From the NCBI GenBank assembly GCA_030295235.1, contig AP026126.1, positions 1,426,001 through 1,490,000 on the forward strand: DNA of 64,000 bases, read 5' to 3'. The stretch is from Fistulifera solaris (taxonomy: Eukaryota). A program made the translations under genes and the position numbers. Below are positions 22,661 to 32,835 of this stretch, piece after piece (the first letter of the stretch is position 1; each line of letters opens with the position of its first letter). The notes beneath the pieces were generated by a model, which was given only the letters and a program-made list of their open reading frames with translations, had not been told where the DNA came from and did no database searches.

Positions 22661-25144
22661 ATGACCGTCTCTATAAACAAGAATCCCACATTTCAAATTA
22701 CCGGTAGTGCAGCAAAATCTCGTATTGCTCCTTTGCTGCCGCCAAATTGGGTTGAAGGCGATACGAATGTCGATTTCTTGTGGGAAAATGCTCCGCGTGC
22801 TGTTACGAGATCATTTCGAGACAATGTCGCGTGCTATTCGCATTTACCCAACGGCACAAACATTTTAGATAGTAAATGGGTCTTGGCACGACTCTTTCAA
22901 GATGCGCACTGCTTTACGGGTCTTGCTGGCTTTCAACACTTCTGTCGTCGACAGAAGTGTTCGTCAGATGTCGTCGATGATGAGTCATTTCCACAGCGTT
23001 GTCCTGATTTATTTCCGGGGTATGAAAGTACCGAGATTTTTACGAGTTTTAGGGACTGGTGGGTCGTTAAGGATGCTTCCTCGAACGGGGCCGGAGGTAT
23101 TTGGGTCGTTTCACCGCAGAACAGGTCATTCTATCAAGATGCTCGTACAAGTCCATTCATAGAGAATCATCGATACGTTGCGCAGCCCTACGCTTGGCCG
23201 TTGGTTCTGTTTCAGGGACGAAAATGTCACGTTCGCGTCTATGGACTAATCACGAGTGATGGGAGAGCATTTGTTCACGACCGCGCATTCCTGCATGTCG
23301 CCAATGAAGCATTCACGGGAGAGAATTTGCAAGATACGGTGCACATTACAAATTGTTGTGCGAACAGTCATGACCTCGCTCAATTTTCGGGCGAAATTTG
23401 TGCTCATTTAAGAGTTGACTCGAATCGGCTGACAGCAGAAGGTGAGATCGAAATCGGTCTTGCTCGCTACAAGCAAGCAATTCACGATAAAGTAGCCCAG
23501 CTAGGGGAGCATACCGGATCGTTTCTTAAAGGAGGGCAAAAGAACGGAGGATTTGAGTATTTGGGGCTCGACTTTATTCTCACGGGGGATGATTCGGCTT
23601 TTTTACTGGAAGTGAATGCACCTCCGTCACAAGATACTGCGACAGGACTTCCGCACGCGGAGGCGTTGCACGATGCGGTTATTCATGATTTATTACATTT
23701 GTGGGTTTACCCCAAAGTCCTAGGTCAAGAAGAGCAGCCTGGCGATTGGCAGTGCGTGTATGCTCCTACAGTCGTCGAAAGTTTTCAAGCGAGCGGTGTG
23801 CCATCGAAAGCAGCACTAGCAAATAAAATGAGATGGGCTCTACTCGAAAGGAAACTATCAAGGATGGGAGACATTGAGGAACCCAAGCGAATGGAATACT
23901 CGTTTTGTGTACCTGGGATTCGAAAACATTTTCGATATTTCCATAATAGTAAGAGGAAGCCACTTATCTACTTTGAAAATGCGGGAGGTACGCAAGTCCC
24001 TATTTTTGTTGACAACGCCGTGCAGTCATCCTTGGCGCTTCGAGATCGCTCAATACAGGGCAAAGCTTGCGTAGCGTCGGCACGCAACACCTTGCAACTT
24101 CTTTTGGGAGCTCAAAAGTGCCGAATTTTTCTAGGAGCAAATGCCTCCCAGCTTATATCCAACTTGGCAGATGCTTATCTTGACCTTCTTTCGTCTGATG
24201 ACGTGATTGTCATCAGCACAGACAACCATTTGGCAAACATCCAACCATGGGTAAAGGTTGCAGTTAGAACTGGTGCAGGCATTCGGTGGTGGAATTCAAT
24301 CGAAGAAAAGTTTCCTCTCCTGACTAAGTCGACGCGTCTTGTGATCGTTCCTCATGCCTCCAATGTTCTAGGTGAGGTTCGCGACCTACATTCGCTTCAG
24401 CGCCACGTGCGTCGTGAGACTAGCGGACGTGCACGGACTATTGTTGATGGAGTGGCTGCAGCGCCTCATCGATTCGCCGACGTCGATACAATTGAAGTGG
24501 ATTGGTATGTGATCAGTTGCCATAAAGTGTTTGGGCCACACATGGGTGTATTGTGTGGGAAACCTGATGCTTTACATGAACTGTCCTCTCCGCTTGAATA
24601 CGGTACTTTGAACTACGAGGCGTGTGGAGGCATAGCTGGATTGGGTTATTATTTCTCAGCACTAGCTTCTCATCTGTCATCTCAAAGACATGACGACGAT
24701 GAGTGTCTTTCTGGTAACACTTACAGTGAAGAGAAAGAGACCCTTCAAACGGCAGTGTGTGAAACAACCGGCGTATTGTCTCCCGAGCTTGTGAAGAATG
24801 CATACCAACTGATACGTCAAGTCGAACTGCCTCTCACTAAAATGCTGATTGAAGGTCTCCAGCGTTCAGCTAAAGTGTTGGTCTTGGCCTCGCAGCAACA
24901 ATGTTTGGACAGGCAGCTTCCCATAGTGAGCTTCTTGCACAGCGACTTAGATGGTGAACTGATTGTTGAGGCCTGTCGCCGTGCTGGCATCATCTGCCGA
25001 TACGATTCCTTTCTTTGCAGCGAGCGACTTATGGAACAACTAAAGTTTCAACGAGTAGTTCGCTTTTCTCTTGTGCACTACAACACAGCAAAAGAAATTT
25101 CCTACACCTTGAAAGTACTGCAGTCGCTAGAAGGTTGGTTTTAG
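22661..25144 (+). CDS. Fusion: tubulin-tyrosine-ligase-family ATP-grasp domain + class-V PLP cysteine-desulfurase-like domain
   Basis: N-half: WVVKDASSNGAGGI, YVAQPY...GRKCHVRVYGLIT, HITN, FEYLGLDFIL...LLEVNAPPS. C-half: YFENAGGTQVP, NHLANIQPW, HASNVLG, VDGVAAAPH, SCHKVFGPH, VRFSLVHYNT. One 827-codon frame. Confidence 0.85.
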   Translation: MTVSINKNPTFQITGSAAKSRIAPLLPPNWVEGDTNVDFLWENAPRAVTRSFRDNVACYSHLPNGTNILDSKWVLARLFQDAHCFTGLAGFQHFCRRQKCSSDVVDDESFPQRCPDLFPGYESTEIFTSFRDWWVVKDASSNGAGGIWVVSPQNRSFYQDARTSPFIENHRYVAQPYAWPLVLFQGRKCHVRVYGLITSDGRAFVHDRAFLHVANEAFTGENLQDTVHITNCCANSHDLAQFSGEICAHLRVDSNRLTAEGEIEIGLARYKQAIHDKVAQLGEHTGSFLKGGQKNGGFEYLGLDFILTGDDSAFLLEVNAPPSQDTATGLPHAEALHDAVIHDLLHLWVYPKVLGQEEQPGDWQCVYAPTVVESFQASGVPSKAALANKMRWALLERKLSRMGDIEEPKRMEYSFCVPGIRKHFRYFHNSKRKPLIYFENAGGTQVPIFVDNAVQSSLALRDRSIQGKACVASARNTLQLLLGAQKCRIFLGANASQLISNLADAYLDLLSSDDVIVISTDNHLANIQPWVKVAVRTGAGIRWWNSIEEKFPLLTKSTRLVIVPHASNVLGEVRDLHSLQRHVRRETSGRARTIVDGVAAAPHRFADVDTIEVDWYVISCHKVFGPHMGVLCGKPDALHELSSPLEYGTLNYEACGGIAGLGYYFSALASHLSSQRHDDDECLSGNTYSEEKETLQTAVCETTGVLSPELVKNAYQLIRQVELPLTKMLIEGLQRSAKVLVLASQQQCLDRQLPIVSFLHSDLDGELIVEACRRAGIICRYDSFLCSERLMEQLKFQRVVRFSLVHYNTAKEISYTLKVLQSLEGWF

Positions 25145-25204
25145 ATTTTACCAACCGAGCGAAGTATTCAATCAAAAATGTTTCTGCCGCGCTATCGGAT
25201 TTAA

Positions 25205-27769
25205 CTAGCCTGTTTTTCTTATTATCACGAAAAAGTTTCCGCTTTCAAATCCACTTTCGACCATCTCTACGTTTGGTATAGACAAAGCAATACTGTCTAG
25301 TTCTCCTTGACGGTATAGGTGGCAGTATCGCTTGAAAACAACCAACCCTTTTTCTTCATCGTAGTCGGCATTTAGCGCTTCTAAGTAGACTTTCGACGTA
25401 GTCGAAATATTTTCATTCGCTGCGGTCTCGTCCTGACTTGTGTTTCTTCCTTTTTCACCATTAATTGCATCGTCTTGCAACTTCAAATGTCTCGGTTGTG
25501 CGTTAAAAGGCACGTATACATCATTAGATGCAAACCTTCGTCTGCTACCTTCCTCCTGAGTCATCGCCCAAGCCTGAATGTTGATTAAGCTGCCAGGTTT
25601 GACAATTCGTACCAGCTCTTCAATGCATCGGCGGCGTCGTGACTCGTTGGAGAGATGATGCATTACTGCAATGCAAATCGCGGCATCACATGATCCTGCT
25701 CGCAATGGGACGCTCATGCAGTCTGCAACCGCGATGGCAGGCCGATTTCTCAAATGACGACGGCGTTCACTGACCCTTCTACTCTCGGGTACACCTTCGT
25801 CGCTCAAACTGGCAGCACTAGTCGCCGTCTCGAGAAGAGGTAGACTAATATCCGTACCAATCACATACGAACCCGCTTCCCAAATAGCTGGAAAATATTT
25901 TCCATCGCCACAACCAACATCCGCAACGACAGACCCTGGCGGAAGTTTCTGCAAGAAGTGTGTTGCACCGGGCCACAGCACACCTCTTTTTCCTCGCGTA
26001 TGATGCCACTGTGTCGCGATTGCGTTATAGACGGCGTGAACATGGTTTCGTTCGCAATCTGGGGTAGCTAGTGGCGACAACAGATCTGGATTACCCCAAC
26101 AAGGTGGGAATGAATGCGATTCGACACAAGCCATTGGCGAACCGTCCGTATCCAATGCTGTTCGGAGTGTCAAGCTGATTCGTGTTCCTCGTCGTACGAC
26201 TTCGCCGTTAATAGTGTCCGTCATACGACTGACTATCATGTGTTTCCAAGAGTACCGAGCTTCTTTTGACATCAAAAGCAAGGAACGCGGGGGAAGAAAC
26301 ACTTGCTTGCGGAGTCCTTTCGTTTCTTCCTGAACGCAGTTAAACTCCATGACAATACCACTACCGAGAGATATGCTGATTAATCCGTCACCGAAAGCGG
26401 ATGGTGTATCCACGTGTGAGCCAATTCCTTCTCCCGGTGCGTACCGATTCACAGTGAGTTGATTGATGGTAGCATAAGAACGTTCACCATCGTCCTCTTC
26501 GATAAATTTCGTTCGCCGAACTCTTTCAATAACTCCAGCTACAACTTCCCAACCACATCCTTCACGAACATTGTCCACAAGAAAATCCTCTAATGGTTTA
26601 TTCCCAGGATTCACCGCGGGCATGGGTGGACAATCGGCTCCCGAATCGCTTCGATCCCTTAGGACATCTGCTGTGCGATAGTCAAATACATATCCGTAAT
26701 GCTGAACCGATCTTTTTATAGTTCCACCGTCCGTGGGAGTATTTTGTGCGGGAGCCCAAGGAGCGTGCGGTCCATCCAAGACAGCCAATAAAACCGCCTC
26801 CTCCTCGGGTGAAACAAAATCCGGAATAAGAACCAATCCTGGTATTTGAACATCAGCAGTCAACGAAGTACATTCACTGCGCGATGGCTCTCCCGGTCCA
26901 TCACCCCGCACTAGACGCCGTCGTGATCTTTGTGTAATAGCCGCATAGTCTAAAAAGAGCATTCCACTGGCAATCAAATGTTCGGTCCCTGTAGCATCGG
27001 CCCATTTCCATTGCACTTGTTTTCCTTGATGTGTTGCAATAGCATGTTGAGCTTCCTCCGCCGAACGAAACCCCAAGTGACAGTACTTGGACAAACTTTT
27101 GTAATTTACAAAAACTTCTACGTCGACCGCGAAAGCAGATCGTATCGCTTGGGCTACCCAATGAGGCTCGTCCCAGTCTGTGTCGTGTTCGTTTTGTAAC
27201 AAATTGGATACAAAAACAAAACGCGTCGCCTCTCGCTCCTCTTGCAACAATGTTTCGCTTTCTCCCGGCCGCAGTAATAGGCGTCGAAATTTAGGTGGGC
27301 TAGATCGTGTCCACGCCATTGTGTCGGGTAATTGTGGTTGTTGTGTCAAAAGGGTTGCCTGAATGGGTCGCGAGCCTAAGTGTTCATCCAAATCAATGGA
27401 CTGAAAGAGATGCTGAATGGTCATTTTTCGTTGCCTTATCACCACCAATGCGTGTAATGCTTGTAAGGGCGTTTTATAAATCAGACGTACTTTCGTAAAG
27501 GGTGCGACCGTGTCGAGCAATTGTACTTGCATGGCTGCCACGGGGAATTTGAAAGACGCGAAATTGTGTTGAAAGACGCGTGACAAGGCCGTTTGCAGAG
27601 TTTCAACGGTCCAATATGACTCCTCCTGTTCTTCTTGTTGGTGTTCTCCTCCATATCTTCTTTGTTGTTTCGGACAGAATGCACCTTGTATATACAAATA
27701 ACCGTGCTGATCCTCGCTGGGGATCGGTTCGTGCGGTAAAATCGATCGGAATACTGCTGTTTGTGTCAT
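25205..27769 (-). CDS. ALKBH8: tRNA wobble-U34 methyltransferase/hydroxylase (RRM + AlkB + Trm9 methyltransferase)
   Basis: RRM (FVFVSNL, HLGFRSAEEA). AlkB (VQHYGYVFDY, NQLTVNRYAPGEGIGSHVD, RYSWKH, RISLTLR). MTase (HVHAVYNAIA, DVGCGDGKY, CIAVMHHLS, RYCHLYRQGEL). Confidence 0.93.
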   Translation of the reverse strand: MTQTAVFRSILPHEPIPSEDQHGYLYIQGAFCPKQQRRYGGEHQQEEQEESYWTVETLQTALSRVFQHNFASFKFPVAAMQVQLLDTVAPFTKVRLIYKTPLQALHALVVIRQRKMTIQHLFQSIDLDEHLGSRPIQATLLTQQPQLPDTMAWTRSSPPKFRRLLLRPGESETLLQEEREATRFVFVSNLLQNEHDTDWDEPHWVAQAIRSAFAVDVEVFVNYKSLSKYCHLGFRSAEEAQHAIATHQGKQVQWKWADATGTEHLIASGMLFLDYAAITQRSRRRLVRGDGPGEPSRSECTSLTADVQIPGLVLIPDFVSPEEEAVLLAVLDGPHAPWAPAQNTPTDGGTIKRSVQHYGYVFDYRTADVLRDRSDSGADCPPMPAVNPGNKPLEDFLVDNVREGCGWEVVAGVIERVRRTKFIEEDDGERSYATINQLTVNRYAPGEGIGSHVDTPSAFGDGLISISLGSGIVMEFNCVQEETKGLRKQVFLPPRSLLLMSKEARYSWKHMIVSRMTDTINGEVVRRGTRISLTLRTALDTDGSPMACVESHSFPPCWGNPDLLSPLATPDCERNHVHAVYNAIATQWHHTRGKRGVLWPGATHFLQKLPPGSVVADVGCGDGKYFPAIWEAGSYVIGTDISLPLLETATSAASLSDEGVPESRRVSERRRHLRNRPAIAVADCMSVPLRAGSCDAAICIAVMHHLSNESRRRRCIEELVRIVKPGSLINIQAWAMTQEEGSRRRFASNDVYVPFNAQPRHLKLQDDAINGEKGRNTSQDETAANENISTTSKVYLEALNADYDEEKGLVVFKRYCHLYRQGELDSIALSIPNVEMVESGFESGNFFVIIRKTG

Positions 27770-27940
27770 GCTACGCTAGTGAAAAGACTTGTATGGAACT
27801 TTGTTTCCTTGTAAATAAATAAAATGATTGATCAAAAGTCTTTCGAGAAGCTTTAAATATTTTACAATGTTGTTCTGTTTCTGCTTTTTCGTTGCAACAT
27901 GAAAATGTTGAAAAATGAACAGCGATGCGGGGGCGTTGAT

Positions 27941-27963
27941 TCATGACTGAAATGCAGTCGTGG
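27941..27963. promoter_or_regulatory. Dyad motif TCATGACTG-N5-CAGTCGTGG upstream of ALKBH8
   Basis: Related dyads at 22072, 22264, 28166 and 47557. Confidence 0.5.
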
Positions 27964-28165
27964 CGAAAGGTCGCCTACGATTTGGGTTTAATCATCGTAA
28001 TTTTGGCAATGAACAGTTTTGCATGTATCTTCAACGTCAAAACTGAATTTGTGCGTTCGAAGTGCTGCTGAAGATAATTGCAATGCTTTCCAAATCATCG
28101 TCACTTACTAAACAAGTAGAACGATCGAAGGTTGTATGTAGTCTCTTTATCGGAATAAAATGAAT

Positions 28166-28188
28166 TCATGACTGTGATGCAGTCGTGG
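28166..28188. promoter_or_regulatory. Dyad motif TCATGACTG-N5-CAGTCGTGG upstream of the DEAD-box helicase
   Basis: Both half-sites identical to those at 27941. Confidence 0.5.
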
Positions 28189-28353
28189 TAAAGTTGATGC
28201 TACACCTTAATCCGATAGTAATTACAAAGTATTTATCTAGGAAAGACGCTTTGCATAATTTTATTGCAAAGGAAACTGACAAAAAACAGCAGTGATGAAA
28301 CCATTGTGGTAAACCCACTTTATTTGATTATCAATATAAGGCATAAACTTCCA

Positions 28354-30068
28354 ATGTATCGCCTGCGAATGCAACATGCATGCATATTCGCTCAAGTGCA
28401 ACACAACGTGCGACGAAGGCATGCAGCCGTTCGGTGTTTCACAACAACAACAACAACAAGAGTTGACTCCTCAGGAGATCCTCTTTCATCGTCATTTCAA
28501 CAGCTTACCAATCTACACAAACCGCTACAAGAACGCCTACTGCAATTGGGGTGGTATATACCTACTGAAATTCAAGCCAAGACATGGCAAGCCGCTACCG
28601 ACGGTCGAGATGTGTTGGGACGTTCGAGAACGGGCAGTGGCAAAACGATGGCCTTTCTCTTGCCGACGTTACAACGATCCATGACTATCAATAACAATGC
28701 AGGTATCAAATTGATTCTTTCACCGACACGAGATTTGGCGCAACAGATTGATGAACAAATCAAAATTCTGTACCCGCTGGATGAAACGAATCATAGCAAT
28801 CATCATATCGTAATTGTCGGTGGTGTCGACAAACAACGAGAACTCAAACGATGGCAAGAGACTGCACCTCAGTTCATTACAGCGACTCCGGGTCGACTTC
28901 GCGATCATGTAGAGAATGCCGACAACACGTTTGTTCGTGAATATGTACAACATGTAGACGTACTGATATTGGATGAAGTCGATCAGCTTTTGGAAATGGG
29001 ATTTCAAGATGACATCGATGCTATTATCCAGCACTTGCCCCAACAACGACAGAATCTACTGTTTTCAGCGACTATTACACCCAACATTCAACGAGAACTG
29101 GTAACGCGAGGCTGGATTCATTCGAATCACTTTTTTGTCGATTGTATTTCGGATGCGGCGGCGACAGAAGTACAAGAAGATCCGTTCGATATGGAACACG
29201 ATGCCGACAACAAGTTGACGACCGCCACCGCTCCCACTCTAGCGCACACACATGTATCGCAATCGCATGTCGTGCTTCCACCGCATCGATTGGTGACCGG
29301 GATTGCTCAAATTGTTTTGACACTACTCCAACAAGAAGACAAGAATGCCAAGATATTAGTCTTTTTCCAACAACAAGTATGGTGGTCTACTTCACTCGAC
29401 TATTTCAATGGGCTCTTGGTCGACACGTTTGGTCCATGCACGGACAAAAAAGTCAAATGGCACGGAATGTGACACGACAGGCATTTGCTGCGGCCTCGCG
29501 TGGTGTTCTGTTTACCACAGATGTTTCGGCGCGCGGAATGGATTATCCTTCCATTAGCAATGTTGTTCAAATCGGGGTTCCGGCTAGCCGCGATACTTAT
29601 ATACATCGGCTGGGCCGTACGGGACGAGGAATGGATAGTTTGAATGGGAAAGGACTGTTGGTGCTTTTGATGCCACAGGAAGAGAAAATTATGAACCGGG
29701 AGTTACAAGATATGGACATTCCTTTGGATAAGAGTCTTACGAGGTTATTAGACCGCCCGGTCTGGCTGGATTTAGAGATGGAATTGACCCAGTTCGCGCA
29801 TGACATGAAACAAGGCGAACTACCCGAAATGGTGAAGGAAGCGGAAAGTGTTTACAAGAGCTTGCTATCGATCTACAAGTTACAGTTAAAAGAAGACATA
29901 GTGGTGGAGACTATGAATAGTTTGGCAGCCCAAATGGGCCTGTCGGAACCGCCAGTGCTGGAAGAAAACCAAGCTGCTTACTTAGGTTTGTCGAAGCACC
30001 CACTGTTAAATATTCACCGGCCATGGAAACTGGGACAACGCTTTGATGTAGGAGGACGGAGAACATGA
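28354..30068 (+). CDS. DEAD-box RNA helicase, Mss116-like (organellar)
   Basis: PTEIQ, SRTGSGKT, PTRDLAQQ, TPGRL, DEVD, SAT, TDVSARGMD, YIHRLGRTGR. Frameshift at ~29365. Confidence 0.9.
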
Positions 30069-30134
30069 TAATATTCACCCGCTGTTCTAAGACTCGTCTC
30101 GTGTGAACATTCGGTACCAGTAGCTCATTTGTGC

Positions 30135-31331
30135 TTAAAAAAAATTATGTCGCCCTTCGCCATGATCTCCTTCGTCGTCATCAGCTGTCTTTATTCTTTT
30201 TGCCGTAGGAGACGATGTCTCAGTCTCACAGTCTCGATCTACATTCTTCGAATCATCTCTCGGTTTCTGTTCTAGCAGGATAGATTGTGGGTCGTCGTAA
30301 CGCAACTGTAGACTACCGCCTTCTTCTCTTTTCTCGTGAATCGCTAGTAAAGGAATATCCATATGAATAACTTCTTCGTAATCGTCTGAACCGCCGCCCA
30401 TGGGCCAGGTCAACCTAGTCACTTGTGCTTTTGCTGCTTCGGTGTTCGTAATAATACTGACAGGGTCAGAAGATCCAAATGTTAATCCAGTCCTGTTCGT
30501 GTCTTGAAAGCCACTCATCTTTTCGGGCATCGGGAATCGATCCACATAAAATGGCTTGTAATGCAGCCATACATTGACAAGAAATGTGACACGACGATGT
30601 CGTCGCACAGATGCTTTGTTATTTGGATCAGAATGTTGCAACTGCTGTTGCCAAAGACCCGGTGGCATCAATTCCATCGGTGCTGCATGCAAGTAACGGC
30701 CATCAAAACTAAAATGCTTGCCACGACGCGGCCAACTGATCCACGATGTCGGTACATTGTCGGGTAAAATCCATTTCCCCGATAAACTATGGATACGAGC
30801 GTCAGTGACAAGAGTCGGGGCACCCAAATCGGTCAAATAAGTGACTGTCGATAAATGCGGATGGATATAGGTGGTTCCGCCGCACAATATCCGGAGATCT
30901 TCATCTTTATCCCAGTGAAACGTAATCCCTGTTTCTGTTGTCATTCCCTGCATCGAATATCGCCCCGTGTGCTCTGGAGAAGGGCGTATTTGAACCCACC
31001 ATTCCGCACCCACCACGGTGGAGAAATCATCGAGGGCACTGCCCTTTACGTGATGATGAAAGACATCCAACGCCATCTGCTCCAAGGCAAACCGAGGCAT
31101 ATCATGAACACCGATCCAAAAGGTTCGAGGCATGAGTCCACTGTCGGCAATCTCACAATCGAGTAATAAGTCATCCAGTGCTGCCTCGGGAAAGTTCGCC
31201 GAGGAGGAGCTCGGTTCATACGAGTGAATGTGAATGTCTTGTGCCGTAGATGATTCCGTGGTAGTGCGACCTTCTTCGTCCAAACGAAAGTTAATTTCAA
31301 TTTCTTCGGAGCTTTGTTGTTCTTCTGTCAT
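30135..31331 (-). CDS. Putative 2-oxoglutarate/Fe(II) oxygenase-superfamily protein
   Basis: GAEWWVQ, FHWDKDE (HxD), STVTYLT, FDGRYLHAA (distal His), RVTFLVNVW (Arg). Confidence 0.6.
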   Translation of the reverse strand: MTEEQQSSEEIEINFRLDEEGRTTTESSTAQDIHIHSYEPSSSSANFPEAALDDLLLDCEIADSGLMPRTFWIGVHDMPRFALEQMALDVFHHHVKGSALDDFSTVVGAEWWVQIRPSPEHTGRYSMQGMTTETGITFHWDKDEDLRILCGGTTYIHPHLSTVTYLTDLGAPTLVTDARIHSLSGKWILPDNVPTSWISWPRRGKHFSFDGRYLHAAPMELMPPGLWQQQLQHSDPNNKASVRRHRRVTFLVNVWLHYKPFYVDRFPMPEKMSGFQDTNRTGLTFGSSDPVSIITNTEAAKAQVTRLTWPMGGGSDDYEEVIHMDIPLLAIHEKREEGGSLQLRYDDPQSILLEQKPRDDSKNVDRDCETETSSPTAKRIKTADDDEGDHGEGRHNFF

Positions 31332-31695
31332 GACGGAATGATGAATGTGTACGTAGTGGTATTTCCTTTTCAATAAAAAAAAAGAAAAAAAAATGAGTGG
31401 GTGTCGTCGCGTTGGCTCACTAGAGCGGGATTGAAATCTAGTTCAGTCCTCAAATAGGTCGCCTTCTTTCTACTTCAGAGTAAATTTTGAGGAAGTACAA
31501 CAAATATCGTATCAAGACTCAATGCCTAAGTACAAAAAAGATCCACATTCCACATACATTTAACTCACTCACAACCTTACTGCAGCGCGACGATGACCTT
31601 TTTATCTCGATAAATACAAAGTAACAAGGTCGCATTCGCATTCTATATTGTCAATATAATAATTACTCTACGGTATGCTATTCTAAGAAGCAACA

Positions 31696-32649
31696 ATGCC
31701 ATCCAATAAACGACGTAGAGCAACAGAAGGAGCCATGATTTTTCCCGTTGCCATGTTCGTCATCGGTGTAATGATTTTGTTTTCGGAAGAGCCCATTGCG
31801 ATGGAACGAAGTATACAAGAAGCGCAAAAACAAGTTCTAGTGCAACATACCACTGTACAAGCACAAGGGCCGATTGATCCAGTGAATTGTGAGAACATCA
31901 CACCGAGGGAACCCGTGAATATATCGAATATGCAAAGTTACAAAGAAATACCGTATCAAGTCTCCTTTTCATGGTGGGATCGTCGACTCAAACATCCACA
32001 ATTCGGAACGGCCCAAATGGAATACAATGATTCGGTACAAACCGTACAACGACTACTACGTGACACTGAAGGTGCTTTTATTGATGTTGGAGCCAATGTA
32101 GGTTTCATGACGCAATTTGGTCTCGCACTTAAACGACCTACCTACGCGATCGAACCCATTTCTTACAATGTTGCCAAAATATGTGAAGGCTATCGAGCGA
32201 ATGTTGCCAAGAAGTATGCACTCGCAGCGACTCCCTTCTTTCTTTATCATGCGGCGGCTGGGAGTGAGTACGTACCGGAAATTGCCATCACCCGACCTGC
32301 CGATGAGATAGGATACTTTGATCAATCGTCCTTGTCAAGAGCGGCCGTTTTGCAACAAAAAGTGACCGAAGAACGAATACCACTAATCACAATTGATTCC
32401 ATCATTCCACCTTCACTACCCGTTGCGGTTCTCAAAATTGATGTACAAGGCTACGAGTATGCTGTTCTACAAGGAGCAAAGCACTTGCTGCAACGAGAGG
32501 AACGGTATCCCGAATATGTGTTTTTTGAAGAAAGTCCGACGCACATACAGAAAGCAGGCTTTCGTGTGGGGGCATCACAAGAGTTTCTCGAAGAAATGGG
32601 ATACAATTGTATGAAAGATGGTGGTGATATTCTGTGTCAGAAGTTGTAA
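31696..32649 (+). CDS. FkbM-family SAM methyltransferase with N-terminal membrane anchor
   Basis: FIDVGANVG, AIEP, ITIDS, LKIDVQGYEYAVLQGA; single N-terminal TM helix. Confidence 0.85.
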   Translation: MPSNKRRRATEGAMIFPVAMFVIGVMILFSEEPIAMERSIQEAQKQVLVQHTTVQAQGPIDPVNCENITPREPVNISNMQSYKEIPYQVSFSWWDRRLKHPQFGTAQMEYNDSVQTVQRLLRDTEGAFIDVGANVGFMTQFGLALKRPTYAIEPISYNVAKICEGYRANVAKKYALAATPFFLYHAAAGSEYVPEIAITRPADEIGYFDQSSLSRAAVLQQKVTEERIPLITIDSIIPPSLPVAVLKIDVQGYEYAVLQGAKHLLQREERYPEYVFFEESPTHIQKAGFRVGASQEFLEEMGYNCMKDGGDILCQKL

Positions 32650-32835
32650 CCATGATCTGCTATGCATTGTCTCCTAATGACTCTTTTTCGCCACGAATGG
32701 GTCCGCTTCAATTTTTAAAACTCAATTCAGAAGATAGGTTTCTATTTCCTCGGGGCTCGCAATTTTCATATCCATTTTTCCTAAAAGGAGTTAGATTTTT
32801 ACCATAAACATGACACACAGGAAGCGTTTTATTCT

